Position numbers and translations under genes: made by a program. A model generated the notes under the pieces. The model was not told the origin of the DNA and did no database searches. It saw only the letters and a program-made list of their open reading frames with translations. A DNA stretch of 55,717 bases from a virus (taxonomy: Duplodnaviria > Caudoviricetes). The stretch covers positions 1 to 55,717 of IMG/VR virus record IMGVR_UViG_3300005611_000035. One strand, written 5' to 3'. Positions 1 to 8,869 of this stretch are shown piece after piece (within the stretch, counting starts at the first letter, position 1; every line of letters starts with the position of its first letter).

Positions 1-129
1 GACTTAGCTCAAATCATGCAGGTCAGTGGTCACGCAGATCCTGGATCAGTTAAACCTTACCTAGTAAACACATTCAGTGGTGCTAAAAGTGCATTATCTA
101 AGAGGTATAAACTTAATGAAGAACATTAA
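1..129 (+). CDS. int: Tyrosine integrase, C-terminal fragment (partial)
   Basis: Same sequence as the end of ORF 53193-54110 (SGH..VKPY), stop TAA at 127-129. Confidence 0.85.
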   Translation, partial: DLAQIMQVSGHADPGSVKPYLVNTFSGAKSALSKRYKLNEEH

Positions 130-904
130 GAACTACATAGAAGGTCTTGATCTTAAAGAAGGAACACAACATCGTGCTACCTGTCCTTGGTGTGGTGGTA
201 AGAACACATTCACTGCTACAAAGGCGGACGGTACTGTGGTCTATAACTGTTACAAGGTTAGCTGCCAGCTAAAGGGTGCTACCAGTACAGGCATGACAGC
301 AGAGGAGATCATAGGTAGGTTACGCCCACGTACTACATTCGCAAAGGAGGAACAAGAATTGCTTACGTGGCCTGAACATGTTGTCACACCCAGCGCAGAG
401 CACACACTACACACTAAGTTTGTCAAGCGCTGGGACTTAGACTATGAATACTTGATGTATGACGTGAAAGATAGACGTATTGTCTTCCCTATTCGTGACA
501 AGGGTAGATTGATTGACGCAGTAGGACGTGCATTAGATGGGGCTATACCTAAGTGGTATCGCTACTCTGGTATAGCTGATGTATACAAGCGTACAATAGG
601 CAAACCCAGTGGTGTAGTTTTAATAGTTGAGGATGTCATAAGTGCAATCACAGCAGCTAAGCTTTACCCTGGTTTGACAGGCATGGCTATCCTTGGTACA
701 TCATTGGGTGCTGCACAAATGCAACACTTGGATGGTTTTTATAGGGTAATCGTAGCGCTCGACCCTGATGCTGCACACAAGACCTTGACATACAAGAGAG
801 AGATAGAGGCATGGACAGGGTTAGACACAAGAGCATTAAGACTTGACGACGACTTGAAGTATAAGGTACACTCTGACATTGTAAAACTTAAGGAGATGTT
901 ATGA
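116..904 (+). CDS. DNA primase (zinc finger + TOPRIM), allele 1
   Basis: CPWC...CYKVSC zinc finger, IVEDVISA and ALDPD TOPRIM motifs; likely ATG at 116. Confidence 0.85.
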   Translation: MKNIKNYIEGLDLKEGTQHRATCPWCGGKNTFTATKADGTVVYNCYKVSCQLKGATSTGMTAEEIIGRLRPRTTFAKEEQELLTWPEHVVTPSAEHTLHTKFVKRWDLDYEYLMYDVKDRRIVFPIRDKGRLIDAVGRALDGAIPKWYRYSGIADVYKRTIGKPSGVVLIVEDVISAITAAKLYPGLTGMAILGTSLGAAQMQHLDGFYRVIVALDPDAAHKTLTYKREIEAWTGLDTRALRLDDDLKYKVHSDIVKLKEML

Positions 905-1530
905 TTAAGGCAACACTGATGGATCACATGGGTAGTGATGTTACTGTGGTTAATGCAGCAAGGGTGTCCTTTGGAAAGAGAACAGATAACACCTACACGA
1001 CAAACAAGGATGAGAAACTAATCTGGTATCTGGCAGAGCACAAACACATGTCACCCTTTGGGCATTGCTTTGCCAGCTTCCATGTCAAGGCTCCCATCTT
1101 TGTGGCACGTCAACTTGTGAAGCATAAATTTTTACGTTGGAATGAGATCAGCAGACGTTATGTTGATTACGAACCAGAGTTCTATGTTCCTGATGTGTGG
1201 CGTGGACGTGCAGAAGATAAAAAGCAAGGTAGTGCCGGTGAGGTAAAGAGTAATTTTAGTATTAATTACTATAATCTGGAAGCATTCAAGGCATATGAAC
1301 AACTGCTGGACGAAGGTGTATGCCCAGAGCAAGCACGTATGGTACTGCCACAATCAACCATGACTGAGTGGTACTGGTCAGGTAGCCTTGACGCCTTCGC
1401 TGATATGTGTGTACTTAGATGTGCTTCTGATACACAACAGGAGACACAAGAGGTGGCTAATCAGATCAGTGTAAAGATGCATAAACTATTTCCTGTGTCG
1501 TGGATGGCACTGTGTAAAAGGAGAACATGA
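901..1530 (+). CDS. thyX: Flavin-dependent thymidylate synthase, allele 1
   Basis: AARVSFG, HMSPFGH, ARQLVKHK..NEISRRY, PEQARMVLP, TQQET motifs. Confidence 0.92.
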   Translation: MIKATLMDHMGSDVTVVNAARVSFGKRTDNTYTTNKDEKLIWYLAEHKHMSPFGHCFASFHVKAPIFVARQLVKHKFLRWNEISRRYVDYEPEFYVPDVWRGRAEDKKQGSAGEVKSNFSINYYNLEAFKAYEQLLDEGVCPEQARMVLPQSTMTEWYWSGSLDAFADMCVLRCASDTQQETQEVANQISVKMHKLFPVSWMALCKRRT

Positions 1531-1787
1531 TGAGTAAAGAGGTAGGACTGATAGGCGTAGAACAAGTAGAAGAACACGAAGACGGTGGTGCAACTTACAA
1601 GTTTCACATGGATGCACATGCCCGTGGGCTACTGGCAGAGGAAGGCTTGAGGTTAGTGCTCTACTGTGCAGCAGCTAAGATGGATATGCAGTTGGTGTAT
1701 GACTTCATAGAGGATCACATTAAGTACAACAAGGATGAGAGGTTTGACGAGTATGGAAACTATGGTGAGAATAATCCTCCCGTTTAA
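1527..1787 (+). CDS. Hypothetical protein
   Basis: RBS AGGAG, overlaps thyX stop; conserved in the second terminal copy. Confidence 0.7.
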   Translation: MMSKEVGLIGVEQVEEHEDGGATYKFHMDAHARGLLAEEGLRLVLYCAAAKMDMQLVYDFIEDHIKYNKDERFDEYGNYGENNPPV

Positions 1788-1804
1788 TTGTAAAGGAAAA
1801 TAAA

Positions 1805-1975
1805 ATGGTAGAATTAAAAGACCTATTCAAAGAGTTAAAGATGTGGGAAGATAAACTGAAAAGCCCTAGCTTAAAAGAGTATGAACGTAAACTCATTCAG
1901 TGTGAGATTGCGTATGTGCAGAAAGAGATACAAGATAAACAATACTATAAACAAAAGCTAAAAGAAAACGCCTAG
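1805..1975 (+). CDS. Small hypothetical protein (56 aa, MVELKDLFKE...)
   Basis: AAGGA RBS; open frame fills the gap before the helicase; not in the ORF track. Confidence 0.6.
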   Translation: MVELKDLFKELKMWEDKLKSPSLKEYERKLIQCEIAYVQKEIQDKQYYKQKLKENA

Positions 1976-1998
1976 AAGTATTAAGAGGAGGCACGAAC

Positions 1999-3228
1999 AT
2001 GATGGAACTAGCATTGATCCGTACTCTTATGGATAAAGAGTTCTATGATAATCACAAAGGCATCCGTTGCCCTGATAAGATATTCACCAAGGATGTGCGT
2101 AAGATAAAGCAAACGCTAGACTACGCTATGAATACCTACGAGAAGACTCTGACTCCCTCAGAGCTAGAGGCTTTGTTCTATGCTGGCAATAGTAGTATGA
2201 CTACAGCTAACAAAGAATCGTATCGTGATTTGTTTCACAAGATAGCTAAGGAGAATCCGCTTAACAAAGAGATAGCCAATGACGTACTGTCTAAGTTATT
2301 TCAACAGGTAGTAGGAGAAGAGATAGCCAACCTTGGTTTTGACTATGTGAATGGTACACAGAATACACTAGAGCCGTTGCGTAATCTGATACGTGATTAC
2401 CAAGATGACTTCATGCCTAACCTTAAGATTGATTGGGATGACATGGACATCAACACCCTGCTTAAAGCTAACGACATTCAGTCACAGTGGAAGTGGAACA
2501 TATCATCGCTGCGCCGTAAGGTAGAAGGTATTAGTGGTGGGCATTTGGTTGTTGTAGGTGCACGTCCTAACACAGGTAAGACAAGCTTTCATGCTAGCGC
2601 TATCGCAGGTCCAGATGGCTTTGCCCATCAAGGTGCTAAGTGCATCATCCTATGTAATGAAGAAAGCTATGAACGTGTAGGTGCAAGATACCTCAGTGCC
2701 GCCACAAGCATGAGCATGGAAGAAGTAAAGGCTAACATGGCACAGGCTGGCCTACGCTATGAACCAGTACGTAAGAACATCTTTGTAAAGGATAGCACAG
2801 GTAAAGACATGTCATGGGTTGAGGCTGTAGTAAAAGCATACCAGCCTGACATAGTAGTACTAGACATGGGCGACAAGTTCGCTAACAAGACAAGCGATAA
2901 GTCTGATGTGTATCTTAAAGAGGCAGCTATATATGCACGTAACATAGCCAAGCAATATAAATGTGCAATCATATGGATGTCACAATTAAGTGCTGTGGCT
3001 GAAGGTGTAGTGCGTGTAGATCAGTCTATGCTAGAAGGCAGTAAGACAGGTAAGGCAGCAGAGGCTGACTTGATGATTCTCATCTCTAAGAACAGAGTTG
3101 TTGAAGGACAAGATGATGAAGAGAGTAATCAACGCCACCTTAACATTGCTAAGAATAAACTTAAAGGTGGGTGGCATGGTGTAGTACACTGTGAGTTAGA
3201 CGGTGAGCGGAGTCAGTACCTTGCGTAA
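1999..3228 (+). CDS. DnaB-like (SF4) replicative helicase
   Basis: Walker A GARPNTGKT, VVLD Walker B, MSQL, EADL, IAKNK motifs. Confidence 0.92.
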   Translation: MMELALIRTLMDKEFYDNHKGIRCPDKIFTKDVRKIKQTLDYAMNTYEKTLTPSELEALFYAGNSSMTTANKESYRDLFHKIAKENPLNKEIANDVLSKLFQQVVGEEIANLGFDYVNGTQNTLEPLRNLIRDYQDDFMPNLKIDWDDMDINTLLKANDIQSQWKWNISSLRRKVEGISGGHLVVVGARPNTGKTSFHASAIAGPDGFAHQGAKCIILCNEESYERVGARYLSAATSMSMEEVKANMAQAGLRYEPVRKNIFVKDSTGKDMSWVEAVVKAYQPDIVVLDMGDKFANKTSDKSDVYLKEAAIYARNIAKQYKCAIIWMSQLSAVAEGVVRVDQSMLEGSKTGKAAEADLMILISKNRVVEGQDDEESNQRHLNIAKNKLKGGWHGVVHCELDGERSQYLA

Positions 3229-5272
3229 TGTATTAGATGTAGAGAACACAATCACAAAGCGTGGTGGTAAGACTTTACTAGATCCGTTTGAACCAGGAAA
3301 CCATTTAGTGCAGGTTGGTATACTTGATGTAGACAACTGGAAGAACGAGAACATCTTTACGTTGGATCATGTAGAGTATAAAGATAATAGCGGTGTGGCA
3401 AAGAAGACCATACAAACTATACTAGACATGACTACGCTTCTCATTATGCACAACGCACAGCACGATCTTATGTGGCTGTGGGAGTGTGGCTACAAGTATG
3501 ACGGTGAGATATACGATACCATGTTAGCAGAATACTTGCTTGTACGTGGACAGAAAGAACCACTAAGCTTAGAGGCGTGTGCTGAACGCAGACAGCTAGA
3601 CTTTCAGAAGGATGACACACTAAAGAAATACTTTAAAGAAGGGTACAACACAAATGAAATACCTATCAGTGATCTTAGCTTTTATCTTAGGCATGATCTG
3701 CTCACAACTCGTGAGTTGTTCATCCATCAAGAGCATGACTTCGCCCAACCAGAGTCAGCCTCACTCCACGCTGTCAGAGAAGTCACCTTCAACACCTGTA
3801 AAACCCTCACAAGAATGTACATGTCAGGGTTCAGGGTGGATAACACCGCCCTTGAAGTAGTGCGTAAGGAGTTTGAGAATGAGAAAGCAGAGATTGAAGA
3901 CAGACTTCAGAGAAAAGTAAGGGAACTTATGGGTTCTACACCTATTAATCTTAACTCGCCTGAACAAATGTCTCAAGTTGTGTTCTCTGTTTCAGTCAAC
4001 AACAAAAAAGAATGGGTAGATCTGTTCAACTATACAGATACACAAGAAGAATTTAAAGCTGCTGTTAAGGCTAACACTACTATGTTATACCGTACAAAAG
4101 CATACACCTGCCCGACCTGCAATGGGGAAGGCAAGACGTATAAACTAAAGAAGGATGGCACACGTTACGCCAGACCTAACAAATGTAAGGACTGTGATGC
4201 ACGTGGATACCAGCTAAAGAAAACAAATGTAGTTGCTGGTCTATGCTTCGCTGCACCAAGTAAGAAATGGGTGAGCGCAAATGGATTCAGTACAAGTAAG
4301 GAAAACCTTGACATACTTATATCAACTGCTAAGAATAATAACATGGATACCGCTGTGGAGTTTCTCACTGATGTTAAAAGGCTTTCTGCTATTTCTGTGT
4401 ATCTTAGTAGTTTTGTTGATGGTATTTCCATATTCACCAAAGCAAACACAGGAATGCTGCACGTTGGGCTTACCCAGCATATCACCAGTACAGGTAGATT
4501 TTCTGGACGCAATCCCAATATGCAAAACATGCCTAGAGGAGGAACCTTTCCAGTAAAGAGAGTATTCGTATCAAGATGGACTAACGGTAAAATAATGGAG
4601 GCAGACTTTGCACAACTTGAATTTCGCACGGCAGCGTTCTTGGCCCAAGACGAAACAGCAATGCAGGAAATTGCAACAGGCTTTGATGTACACAGTTACA
4701 CAGCAAAGGTTATCACAGATGCAGGTGAACCCACGTCTAGGCAAGAAGCAAAGGCACACACCTTCGCTCCTCTCTTTGGGGCGACAGGATACGGTAGATC
4801 AAAAGCAGTTGCTGCATACTATGAACACTTCACAGAGAAGTACAAAGGTGTAGCAGCATGGCATAAGAAGCTAGCGAGTGAAGCTATAAGACTAAACAAA
4901 ATAACTAACGTGAGTGGTAGACAGTACGCTTTTCCTGACGTATCACGTAGATCTAACGGTAGCGTTACACACTTCACTATGATAAAGAATTACCCAGTGC
5001 AAGGCTTTGCTACAGGCGATGTAGTTCCTGTCGTGCTGGTTGAAATAGAACGCAGACTTGCAAACATGCAGTCCTGTTTAGTTAACTCTGTGCACGATTC
5101 AGTGGTAATAGATGTACACCCTGATGAAGTGGAAGTAGTAGTACAAACTATTAAGGATATGAACGAAGACTTAAACTCTTTAGTTGAAAAGGCTTACGGT
5201 GTTACCATGAATGTGCCTCTATTATTAGAAGCAAAATTAGGTAATAATTGGCTTGACATGTCTGACGTTTAG
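3221..5272 (+). CDS. polA: DNA polymerase family A with 3'-5' exonuclease and inserted DnaJ-type zinc finger (HMO-2011 type)
   Basis: LDVE exo motif, TGRFS..PNMQN, DFAQLEFR (motif A), KAHTF..LFG (B), VHDS (C); CPTCNGEG..CKDCDARG insert; start TTG 3221 or GTG 3203. Confidence 0.95.
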   Translation: MRNVLDVENTITKRGGKTLLDPFEPGNHLVQVGILDVDNWKNENIFTLDHVEYKDNSGVAKKTIQTILDMTTLLIMHNAQHDLMWLWECGYKYDGEIYDTMLAEYLLVRGQKEPLSLEACAERRQLDFQKDDTLKKYFKEGYNTNEIPISDLSFYLRHDLLTTRELFIHQEHDFAQPESASLHAVREVTFNTCKTLTRMYMSGFRVDNTALEVVRKEFENEKAEIEDRLQRKVRELMGSTPINLNSPEQMSQVVFSVSVNNKKEWVDLFNYTDTQEEFKAAVKANTTMLYRTKAYTCPTCNGEGKTYKLKKDGTRYARPNKCKDCDARGYQLKKTNVVAGLCFAAPSKKWVSANGFSTSKENLDILISTAKNNNMDTAVEFLTDVKRLSAISVYLSSFVDGISIFTKANTGMLHVGLTQHITSTGRFSGRNPNMQNMPRGGTFPVKRVFVSRWTNGKIMEADFAQLEFRTAAFLAQDETAMQEIATGFDVHSYTAKVITDAGEPTSRQEAKAHTFAPLFGATGYGRSKAVAAYYEHFTEKYKGVAAWHKKLASEAIRLNKITNVSGRQYAFPDVSRRSNGSVTHFTMIKNYPVQGFATGDVVPVVLVEIERRLANMQSCLVNSVHDSVVIDVHPDEVEVVVQTIKDMNEDLNSLVEKAYGVTMNVPLLLEAKLGNNWLDMSDV

Positions 5273-5283
5273 GGTATAACTAA
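5253..5283 (+). promoter_or_regulatory. Promoter TTGACA-N16-TATAACTA upstream of the SSB gene
   Basis: TTGACA 5253-5258, TATAAC 5275-5280; the same architecture recurs elsewhere in the window. Confidence 0.7.
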
Positions 5284-5312
5284 TCATCTTTAACTTAAAT
5301 AAAGGAGTAAGT

Positions 5313-6182
5313 ATGAATACTGAACTAGCAATACAAAATGATCTTGGTATGTCTTTAGCAGAGGCTATTGGTGTAGCAAACATGGGTGGTGAAACAAAGA
5401 GCGTATCCCTGCCCCGTGTTAACCTTACCCATAACGGTATCATGGGTAGCATCGAAGTCAACGGCAAGTCTGTAAAGACTGAGGTTGTACCTTTGGGTGC
5501 TTACAAGATTACATTATCGGAAGACAATGTAGTGTATAGTGTAAGACCTAACATTCGTATCTTTGCTGTACGTCAACAGTGGAGTAAGTGGAACTCCAAT
5601 GAAGAGATCATGATGAAGACTGTCATGAGTACAGATCTAAAGGGTGACCTTAAGGATAACATGGGTACGTTTAACTTGGGTAGACCCTCTGGTTATATCC
5701 AGGATTGGGATTCTGTAGACGATAAAACTAAGGACTTGATTCGTACAATTAAACGTAAGAAGATTGTCTTTGGTATGTTGACAGCTAATGACTGCACTGA
5801 TGAAGAGGGCAATCCTGCTGATGCTATCATTGATCCTATTCCGTTTGTGTTTGAAGTTTCACCTTCAAGTACTAAAGCACTAGACACCGCAATAAACACA
5901 CTGAAACGTAAGAACATCTTACCTATTCAGTACACGTTTATTCTTGGTGCTGACGAAGGCAAGCTACCTAATGGTAATGCATACGCTATAATGACACTGG
6001 AAGGTAGTGATTTAGTAGACCTCACCTCTGAAGATCAAACTAACTTGAAGAACTTCATGGAGTACATTGAGTATCAGAACTCTTACATCTTACAGCAGTG
6101 GGATGAAAAGAACCAAGGGACTATCTCTGGTGAAGATGCAGATGTGGTTGCTGAGTTTGTAAACGTAGAAGAGGCAGACTAA
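5313..6182 (+). CDS. Probable single-stranded DNA-binding protein
   Basis: Located after the polymerase, strong RBS and own promoter, acidic C-terminal tail. Confidence 0.55.
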   Translation: MNTELAIQNDLGMSLAEAIGVANMGGETKSVSLPRVNLTHNGIMGSIEVNGKSVKTEVVPLGAYKITLSEDNVVYSVRPNIRIFAVRQQWSKWNSNEEIMMKTVMSTDLKGDLKDNMGTFNLGRPSGYIQDWDSVDDKTKDLIRTIKRKKIVFGMLTANDCTDEEGNPADAIIDPIPFVFEVSPSSTKALDTAINTLKRKNILPIQYTFILGADEGKLPNGNAYAIMTLEGSDLVDLTSEDQTNLKNFMEYIEYQNSYILQQWDEKNQGTISGEDADVVAEFVNVEEAD

Positions 6183-7060
6183 TGAACCATCATGCTGAAC
6201 TGGCTGTCTACAACTTCCTTGCTCGCGCAGGTAAGGGCGAGACAGAAATGGCTGAAGACATTCGTAAGCAAGTTGCTGCTGATGTTGAGGCTGCACTAGA
6301 GAAACAGTTCAGTAGTGGGCCACGTGACAATTTTAAACTTAGGATGTCCAACATTGGGCGTCCTACTTGTCAGTTGTGGTTTGAGAAGAATGAACCTGAA
6401 GAGAGAACACCTCTACCTCCACACTTCTTGATCAACATGATTATAGGAGATATTGTAGAGGCTGTCTTTAAGGGGCTTCTTCGTGCTGCTGACGTTGACT
6501 TCAAAGATAATGACACAGTTACACTAAAGTTAGGCAGTGGTGTTGAGATCAACGGTGAGTATGACATGGTTATGGATGGCAAAGTGGATGATGTTAAGTC
6601 TGCATCTCCTTGGTCATACCAAAATAAGTTTGCTTCTCTAGAAGCACTGGCACAGGGCGATGGCTTTGGGTATATCCCACAGCTAGTAGGCTATGCTGCT
6701 GCAGCAGATCTTGATGTCGGTGGCTGGTGGGTAATCAACAAAGGTAATGGTGAGTTCAAGTATGTAGACGCATCAAGTGTAGATACTGATGAAGTACTAC
6801 AGCGCATCGAAGACACAGTGTCTTACATCAATGAGGACAAGCCTTTCAAGCGTTGCTTCAAATCAGTACCTGAGACATTCTATCGTAAGCCTACAGGCAA
6901 TCTCAAGCTTGACCCTAACACCTGTGGTTTCTGTTCATTCAAGCATAAGTGTTGGCCTAACTTGCAAACACTACCTGCTGTCAAGTCTACTGCTCAGAAT
7001 CCACCTATGGTAGACTACGTGTTTGTTGATCCCGCATACTTAGAGGGTGACATTGGCTAA
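6182..7060 (+). CDS. PD-(D/E)XK exonuclease, Cas4-like
   Basis: RMSNIGRPTC, D..VDDVKS, Q..GY, CGFCSFKHKC cysteine cluster. Confidence 0.8.
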   Translation: MNHHAELAVYNFLARAGKGETEMAEDIRKQVAADVEAALEKQFSSGPRDNFKLRMSNIGRPTCQLWFEKNEPEERTPLPPHFLINMIIGDIVEAVFKGLLRAADVDFKDNDTVTLKLGSGVEINGEYDMVMDGKVDDVKSASPWSYQNKFASLEALAQGDGFGYIPQLVGYAAAADLDVGGWWVINKGNGEFKYVDASSVDTDEVLQRIEDTVSYINEDKPFKRCFKSVPETFYRKPTGNLKLDPNTCGFCSFKHKCWPNLQTLPAVKSTAQNPPMVDYVFVDPAYLEGDIG

Positions 7061-7742
7061 AACAAGGAAACAAAAAGAGAATAGCCATTGCCTTAAGTCG
7101 GGCTGTGGCGCTCCTATACCCGAAGGAAAAAGGTCAGATGCAAAGTATTGCTCTGTTACCTGTAGAACAGCAGCAGAGAAGAAAAGATACTGTGATAGAA
7201 ATCCTGAATACGTAAAAAGACAAAGAAGGTTAGTGAATGAAATAAGGCACAATAGTATCTACGGACATACGGAGTTTCTAGATAACCCTATGAAGAACAA
7301 AAGAGATAAATACGCAAGAGCAAGAGCTATGGGTTACCGTTCTGGCTTAGAAGTACAAACAGCTAGATATTTAGATTCTATAGGTGTAAAGTATGGATAC
7401 GAGAACTTAAAGATAGAATGGGAAGACTTAAAATATAGAACCTACACGCCTGATATAATTTTAATGAATGGAATCATCATTGAAACTAAAGGCAGGTTCT
7501 TACCAGAAGACAGACGCAAGCATATAGCTATACAAAGGCAGCACCCTGAGTTAGACATTAGGTTTGTGTTTAGTAATGCAAACTCTAAGCTTTACAAAGG
7601 TGCTAAGTCTAGGTACTGTGATTGGTGTGACAAGTATGGCTTTCTGTGGGCGCACCGTGTAATACCTGAACCCTGGCTGAAAGAACACGGCGAAGAAATA
7701 AAAGCTAAACGTATATACGTTAAAACAAAAAGGAAAACATGA
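7047..7742 (+). CDS. T7 endonuclease I-like resolvase with an extra N-terminal Cys-rich domain
   Basis: GYRSGLE, YTPD, IIIETKG, DIRFVF motifs. Confidence 0.85.
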   Translation: MTLAKTRKQKENSHCLKSGCGAPIPEGKRSDAKYCSVTCRTAAEKKRYCDRNPEYVKRQRRLVNEIRHNSIYGHTEFLDNPMKNKRDKYARARAMGYRSGLEVQTARYLDSIGVKYGYENLKIEWEDLKYRTYTPDIILMNGIIIETKGRFLPEDRRKHIAIQRQHPELDIRFVFSNANSKLYKGAKSRYCDWCDKYGFLWAHRVIPEPWLKEHGEEIKAKRIYVKTKRKT

Positions 7743-8095
7743 TGGGTTATGAACTACAAGATGATGAGGTTGCTATTATTATACGCCCAAGGGACTACGA
7801 AGAAGATTGGAGTGGTGACGTAGCTATTAATTTAGTTTCGTCTAAGGACAGCCCAGTACCTATAGTAGTGATGGCACAGGTAATAAACATAGCTACCATG
7901 ATGTCAGCTTTTATTGATATAGCTTCTGATAATCCTGATCTATATGACTTAGTTGAAGAACATCGTAACTATCTACTAGGCTTTGACCCGCAAGAAGAAA
8001 AAGATGATGATGATGATGGAGAAGAGCTTGAAGTCATACGCAATGGTAATGTATATACATTGAGCAAGTGGAGTAAGACAGAAGGTAACGCATGA
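7739..8095 (+). CDS. Hypothetical acidic protein
   Basis: Overlaps both neighbouring genes by 4 bp. Confidence 0.7.
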   Translation: MMGYELQDDEVAIIIRPRDYEEDWSGDVAINLVSSKDSPVPIVVMAQVINIATMMSAFIDIASDNPDLYDLVEEHRNYLLGFDPQEEKDDDDDGEELEVIRNGNVYTLSKWSKTEGNA

Positions 8096-8346
8096 AAATA
8101 GAACCTAAAATAAGTAAAGACATAGACCCTGTAAACAAGCCTATGCACTATAACCAAGCAGGTATAGAATGTATAGATGCTATTGAAGCCATGACAGAGA
8201 ATATGTCAGGCTATCTAGCACCGCAAGCAGCTAACGTATTAAAATACATGTGGCGATGCGAGTACAAGAATGGCTTGGAAGATATAGATAAGGCTATCTG
8301 GTATCTTAAACGTATGCGTAAGCGCTGGGTGGAGAAGCACAAGTGA
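8092..8346 (+). CDS. DUF3310 / T7 gp1.7-like putative nucleotide kinase
   Basis: DPVNKPMHY..GIECIDAI..NVLKYMWR..K...EDIDKAIWYL. Confidence 0.85.
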   Translation: MKIEPKISKDIDPVNKPMHYNQAGIECIDAIEAMTENMSGYLAPQAANVLKYMWRCEYKNGLEDIDKAIWYLKRMRKRWVEKHK

Positions 8347-8510
8347 AAAAGTTTTACGTATCCTTTTATATTACATTAGAAGAGGACAACACTATCTTGT
8401 CCTTGTGTTCTGATACACATGAGGATGACGTACAGGAAGTTATACGTCATATCATATACGACATAGACGATGTTAAAATACACAACTTAACTGTGAAAGA
8501 GAAGACATGA
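8343..8510 (+). CDS. Small hypothetical protein (55 aa, GTG start)
   Basis: Open frame with GTGA and ATGA overlaps at the two ends; not in the ORF track. Confidence 0.6.
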   Translation: MKKFYVSFYITLEEDNTILSLCSDTHEDDVQEVIRHIIYDIDDVKIHNLTVKEKT

Positions 8511-8869
8511 TAAGCCAAGATGATATAGATGCGTTCAAGCGCTTCAATGATGTAGACTACTTGATGAATGAGTATCAAGACATGGCTGCATCTACTGCTA
8601 TCTACAAGACAGAACATCAAGTGTTATACCCAGCGCTGGGCTTAGCTGCGGAAGCTGGTGAGGTAGCAAACAAAGTAAAGAAGATCTTACGTGACGGTAA
8701 CTTTGATCGTGAAGCAATAGCAGACGAGATAGGAGATTGTCTCTGGTATATTGCAGCGCTGTGCCGTGACTTGAATGTGGATCTATCTGACATAGCTAGA
8801 AACAATCTAGCCAAACTAAAAGACCGTAAAGAAAGAGGAACCTTAAGGGGGAATGGAGATAAAAGATGA
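8507..8869 (+). CDS. mazG: MazG-like nucleotide pyrophosphohydrolase
   Basis: LGLAAEAGEV..KK..RD...DEIGDCLWY. Confidence 0.9.
   Translation: MISQDDIDAFKRFNDVDYLMNEYQDMAASTAIYKTEHQVLYPALGLAAEAGEVANKVKKILRDGNFDREAIADEIGDCLWYIAALCRDLNVDLSDIARNNLAKLKDRKERGTLRGNGDKR

Larger units (their letters stand above)
1..1620. repeat. Imperfect terminal direct repeat, copy 1 (partner 53982-55717)
   Basis: Position 1 GACTTAGCTCAAATC matches 53982; position 1620 ...GATGCACATG matches 55717; the interior is divergent. Confidence 0.95.

Noticed and set aside
1-1620. Genuine long direct terminal repeat of the virion DNA
   Set aside because: The copies differ internally and cut through genes (integrase, ORF 1527); true terminal repeats are identical, so an assembly overlap or strain bubble fits better
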